Part shown: positions 35,884-38,366 of the stretch, in pieces | How the letters are laid out: every line of letters starts with the position of its first letter | Position numbering within the stretch: the first letter of the stretch is position 1 | NCBI GenBank assembly: GCA_031370785.1 | Contig: JANMQY010000124.1 | Coordinates: forward strand, 1 to 38,366 | Origin: Candidatus Eiseniibacteriota bacterium | GTDB taxonomy: Bacteria > Eisenbacteria > RBG-16-71-46 | Direction of reading: 5' to 3' | DNA length: 38,366 bases | The notes under the pieces: model-generated | The model's database searches: none | Seen by the model: the letters and a program-made list of their open reading frames with translations, nothing else | Told to the model about the DNA's origin: nothing | Program-made: the position numbers and the translations under genes

Positions 35884-36456
35884 TCATCTCCCTTGCGTGA
35901 GACGCAGCCGTCCGGCCTTTCGCGCCCTCCCCAGCTCCGAGAGGAAGCTTCCGTAGCCCTCAAGGTGCCCTTCGCTTCGACTCCATTTCCAAATCTTGTT
36001 GAGAGCCACTCGATTGCGTACGGCGATCGCTACCGCCGCCGCAAGGCTCTGCCGGTCGTTCCAATGGTAAAAGGCCGCGAGCCGATCCCGGCAGGCGTCG
36101 GTTGCCGAGAGCGCCAGAGTCTTTGCCGTGCGGCGGCTCTTCCAGACTGGTCGGATTTGGAAATCATCCCCGATTCCAAGGGGCCCGCGGGGGAATTCGA
36201 CGAAGAAGAGAACGAGCCGATGAACGTAGCGGTCGCGCTCGCGCTTGAAGCCAAGCGTCGCGAGAGCACTGTCCAGATCCTCCGTGGTGCATGGCCCGAT
36301 GAGCACGAAGTCCGCGTCGAGAGACTGGTACTCGCCGCCCGAGTACAGATTCGCACAAGCCCCGCCGGTGAGCACCGCGCGAATCTCGGCCCGCCGCAGG
36401 GCATCGCCGACCCCGACGGCTACGTCGGCCAGCGAGGACCGAGCGCTGATCTTCAA
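35884..36456 (-). CDS. Putative pol-beta-fold nucleotidyltransferase (AbiEii/DUF6036-like)
   Basis: AVLTGG.C..LYS.G.Y.S.DADFV carries the GG...DxD signature; the TTG start overlaps the upstream stop. Confidence 0.65.
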   Translation of the reverse strand: MKISARSSLADVAVGVGDALRRAEIRAVLTGGACANLYSGGEYQSLDADFVLIGPCTTEDLDSALATLGFKRERDRYVHRLVLFFVEFPRGPLGIGDDFQIRPVWKSRRTAKTLALSATDACRDRLAAFYHWNDRQSLAAAVAIAVRNRVALNKIWKWSRSEGHLEGYGSFLSELGRARKAGRLRLTQGR

Positions 36457-36791
36457 AGTGGTTTGCCGGATCGACGAGGCCTGCGGCGCAGGCCGGCGGC
36501 CCGAGTGCGAAGGTCGACCTCGGACTCGAGGAGTTGCTCGAGATAGCGCTCGAGCTGCTGTCGGGCGGGCGCGCGGGGACTCAGCCGGTAGAGCCGCGTC
36601 CGGCCCGCAGCGCGACCCACGACCAGACCGTCGCGCTCGAGCGACCGGAGCGCCTTCTGGACTCCCGACAGGCTCAGCTCCAGAAACCGCGCGAGCTCAC
36701 GCGCGTAGGTCTCCGCCAGCAGTCGCAGTGCCAGCAACACTCGCGTTCGCGCGTAGCTCCCGAACGGGCTCGAAGTAGTCGTGACCTTCAT
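36453..36791 (-). CDS. Winged helix-turn-helix protein (ArsR/MarR-like)
   Basis: FGS..RTRVL..L....ETYARELAR......SGVQKAL..LE..GLV.....GRTRLY.L. Confidence 0.85.
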   Translation of the reverse strand: MKVTTTSSPFGSYARTRVLLALRLLAETYARELARFLELSLSGVQKALRSLERDGLVVGRAAGRTRLYRLSPRAPARQQLERYLEQLLESEVDLRTRAAGLRRRPRRSGKPL

Positions 36792-36829
36792 TGGCGGTCA
36801 TATGACCACCGAACAAGGTCATCTGTCAA
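36782..36829 (-). promoter_or_regulatory. Promoter with palindromic operator-like repeats upstream of the wHTH gene
   Basis: Perfect palindrome GGTCATATGACC (36796-36807); degenerate copy GGTCATCTGTCA (36817-36828) overlapping TTGACA (36829-36824); half-site TGACC at 36782-36786. All fall on a 21-bp period. Confidence 0.7.
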
Positions 36830-36904
36830 GACCGAATCCGGACGATGCCCCGAATGCCTGGTGTCTCCAATCGTCTGTGCCGCTTCCGGCCAACGCCGCC
36901 CCGA

Positions 36905-38272
36905 TCACCGCTTCGGCTTGAAGTACCAATTCGGCTTGCCCTGCTCCCACGGACGATACTCCTCCGCCGTGGTGATCCGCTCGATCAGCGGCGGGTGCGT
37001 GTACTGGAACACCTTGAGCATCCGCCCCGGCTCCGGATTCGACTTGTTCTGCATTCCGAGCTTGATGAACGCGCGCGCGCCGGCATCGTTGAGATGCGTG
37101 ATCTCGAGCGCGTAGAGGTCGGCCTCGTGTTCGATCGTGCGAGTCCGCGCGTTGATCAACGGCTGCGCGATGAACGAGACGATGGTAAGCGTCACTGCCA
37201 GCAGCGGCAACGAGGCGATGTCATGCAGCTCGGTGAAGCCCCAGCGCGGACCGAAGCGCCTCACCGACCAGCGCATGATCACGAAGCTCGCGTAGAACAA
37301 TGCCACGCTCAGGAGTGAGATCAGGGCGATTCCCTTCCAGACGTGACCGAGCTTGTAGTGCCCGATCTCGTGTCCCATCACGAACAGGATCTCGTCCTCC
37401 TTCATCGCCTTGAGCGTCGTGTCCCAGAGCACGATGCGCTGCGAGGCGCCGAAGCCATTCACGTAGGCGTTGATCTTCCTGGTCTGCGCGCTCTTGTCGA
37501 CCTGGTAGACGTTGTGCGCCGGAATGCCGGCTTTGGCGGCGAGCGCCAGGATCTCGCCCTTCAGGTGCTGGTCCTGGAGCGGCGTGAACTTGTTGAAGAT
37601 CGGATCGACCACGATCGGCTGGATCAGATCCGAGAACACGATCACCGGCAGGGCGCCAAGTGAGAGCCACAGCCACCAGCGGCGCGGACTCTTCTGGATC
37701 GCCATATAGACGAGCGACAGCAGCGGGATCACGCCGAGAAACACGATGCTGATCGCCTGCCCCTTGACCTCGTCCGCGAGCCAGGTGCTCAAGCCCTGGT
37801 TGGACAGCCCGAACTGATGTTCAAGCGCAAATCCCGCGTACCACGCGATCGGGAAGGTGAGCACGAAGCCGACCACCGTGTAGAGCGTGAAGAACACCAG
37901 GATCTGCACGTAGCGGCGATGCCCGATGCTGTACGCAATATCCCGCATACGCGCCGAGAGCCCCGAGAACAGGATGACCAGCCCCACCGCGATCGCCCAC
38001 AGCGGCTCGAGAAATCCCAGCATGGTGCGCCGCGCGGCGTACGCGCGGTTCTCGGGCGTGAAGTTGGCGCGCACCTCCGCGAGGTAGTCGCGAGGCGGGG
38101 CAGGCGCCGCAGTCGAAACGGTCGTGCTGTCGGGCGCGTGAGTCGAATCAGTCGCGGCGAGATTCGACGCGGGATCGGCGTCTTGCGCGAACGCGAATGC
38201 AAGCGCAATCGCGGCGAGCGCTGTGAGGGCAAGCGTGACGAGCAACCAACGGCGTGGGGCGGCGCGGGTCAT
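36905..38272 (-). CDS. M48 family (Ste24/CAAX protease-like) membrane zinc metallopeptidase
   Basis: PIFNKFTPL, NAYVNGFG...RIVLWDT, HEIGH, EHEADLY and THP motifs. Confidence 0.93.
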   Translation of the reverse strand: MTRAAPRRWLLVTLALTALAAIALAFAFAQDADPASNLAATDSTHAPDSTTVSTAAPAPPRDYLAEVRANFTPENRAYAARRTMLGFLEPLWAIAVGLVILFSGLSARMRDIAYSIGHRRYVQILVFFTLYTVVGFVLTFPIAWYAGFALEHQFGLSNQGLSTWLADEVKGQAISIVFLGVIPLLSLVYMAIQKSPRRWWLWLSLGALPVIVFSDLIQPIVVDPIFNKFTPLQDQHLKGEILALAAKAGIPAHNVYQVDKSAQTRKINAYVNGFGASQRIVLWDTTLKAMKEDEILFVMGHEIGHYKLGHVWKGIALISLLSVALFYASFVIMRWSVRRFGPRWGFTELHDIASLPLLAVTLTIVSFIAQPLINARTRTIEHEADLYALEITHLNDAGARAFIKLGMQNKSNPEPGRMLKVFQYTHPPLIERITTAEEYRPWEQGKPNWYFKPKR

Positions 38273-38311
38273 GAGGTCTGCTCCGGGCAGGAAGGGACTC
38301 AGGACCGCGCC

Positions 38312-38340
38312 ACGATAGAGTGGGCTTCCGCGAGGCGCAA
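38312..38340 (-). promoter_or_regulatory. Possible sigma70-like promoter of the M48 peptidase gene
   Basis: TTGCGC (38340-38335), 17 nt, TATCGT (38317-38312). Confidence 0.45.
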
Positions 38341-38366
38341 TGACGGTGGTTGGCCCCCTGCCGCTA

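Noticed and set aside
1..38366. CRISPR arrays, rRNA, tRNA or intact transposase/integrase genes
   Set aside because: None seen; no regularly spaced repeats or RNA-gene signatures detected by eye.

Overview
GC-rich bacterial DNA. A T9SS-type C-terminal domain at the left edge suggests an FCB-group lineage such as Ca. Eisenbacteria (inference). The window is dominated by a ~24.5 kb minus-strand heavy-metal resistance cluster (5103-29533). It holds three tripartite RND efflux operons (OMF-MFP-RND) with three different TM4 signatures, plus a P-II-like protein, a P1B ATPase, a CDF transporter, an RcnA-like Ni/Co exporter and a cupredoxin. No two-component system, MerR or CsoR regulator is visible in it. 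Main observation: each RND operon is headed by a small exported, Cys-rich, SD-less ORF ending in (T/P)-I-L-R-x-stop. Within 0-3 nt of that stop codon begins a sequence complementary to the Shine-Dalgarno region of the next (OMF) gene, and the arm sequences differ in all three copies. This looks like a metal-sensing leader-peptide/ribosome-dependent translational switch. The flanks carry housekeeping genes (HI0933 flavoprotein, EamA, NUDIX-MBL fusion, DUF2630, lrp-lat, HAD, an apparently inactive alpha/beta hydrolase, a heparinase II/III-like protein, an M48 peptidase). They also carry a wHTH + nucleotidyltransferase pair with operator-like repeats and several decayed remnants (IS110, XRE antitoxin, SRPBCC, DHFR/RibD-like). 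Family calls come from motifs recognised by eye; no searches or folding were run.
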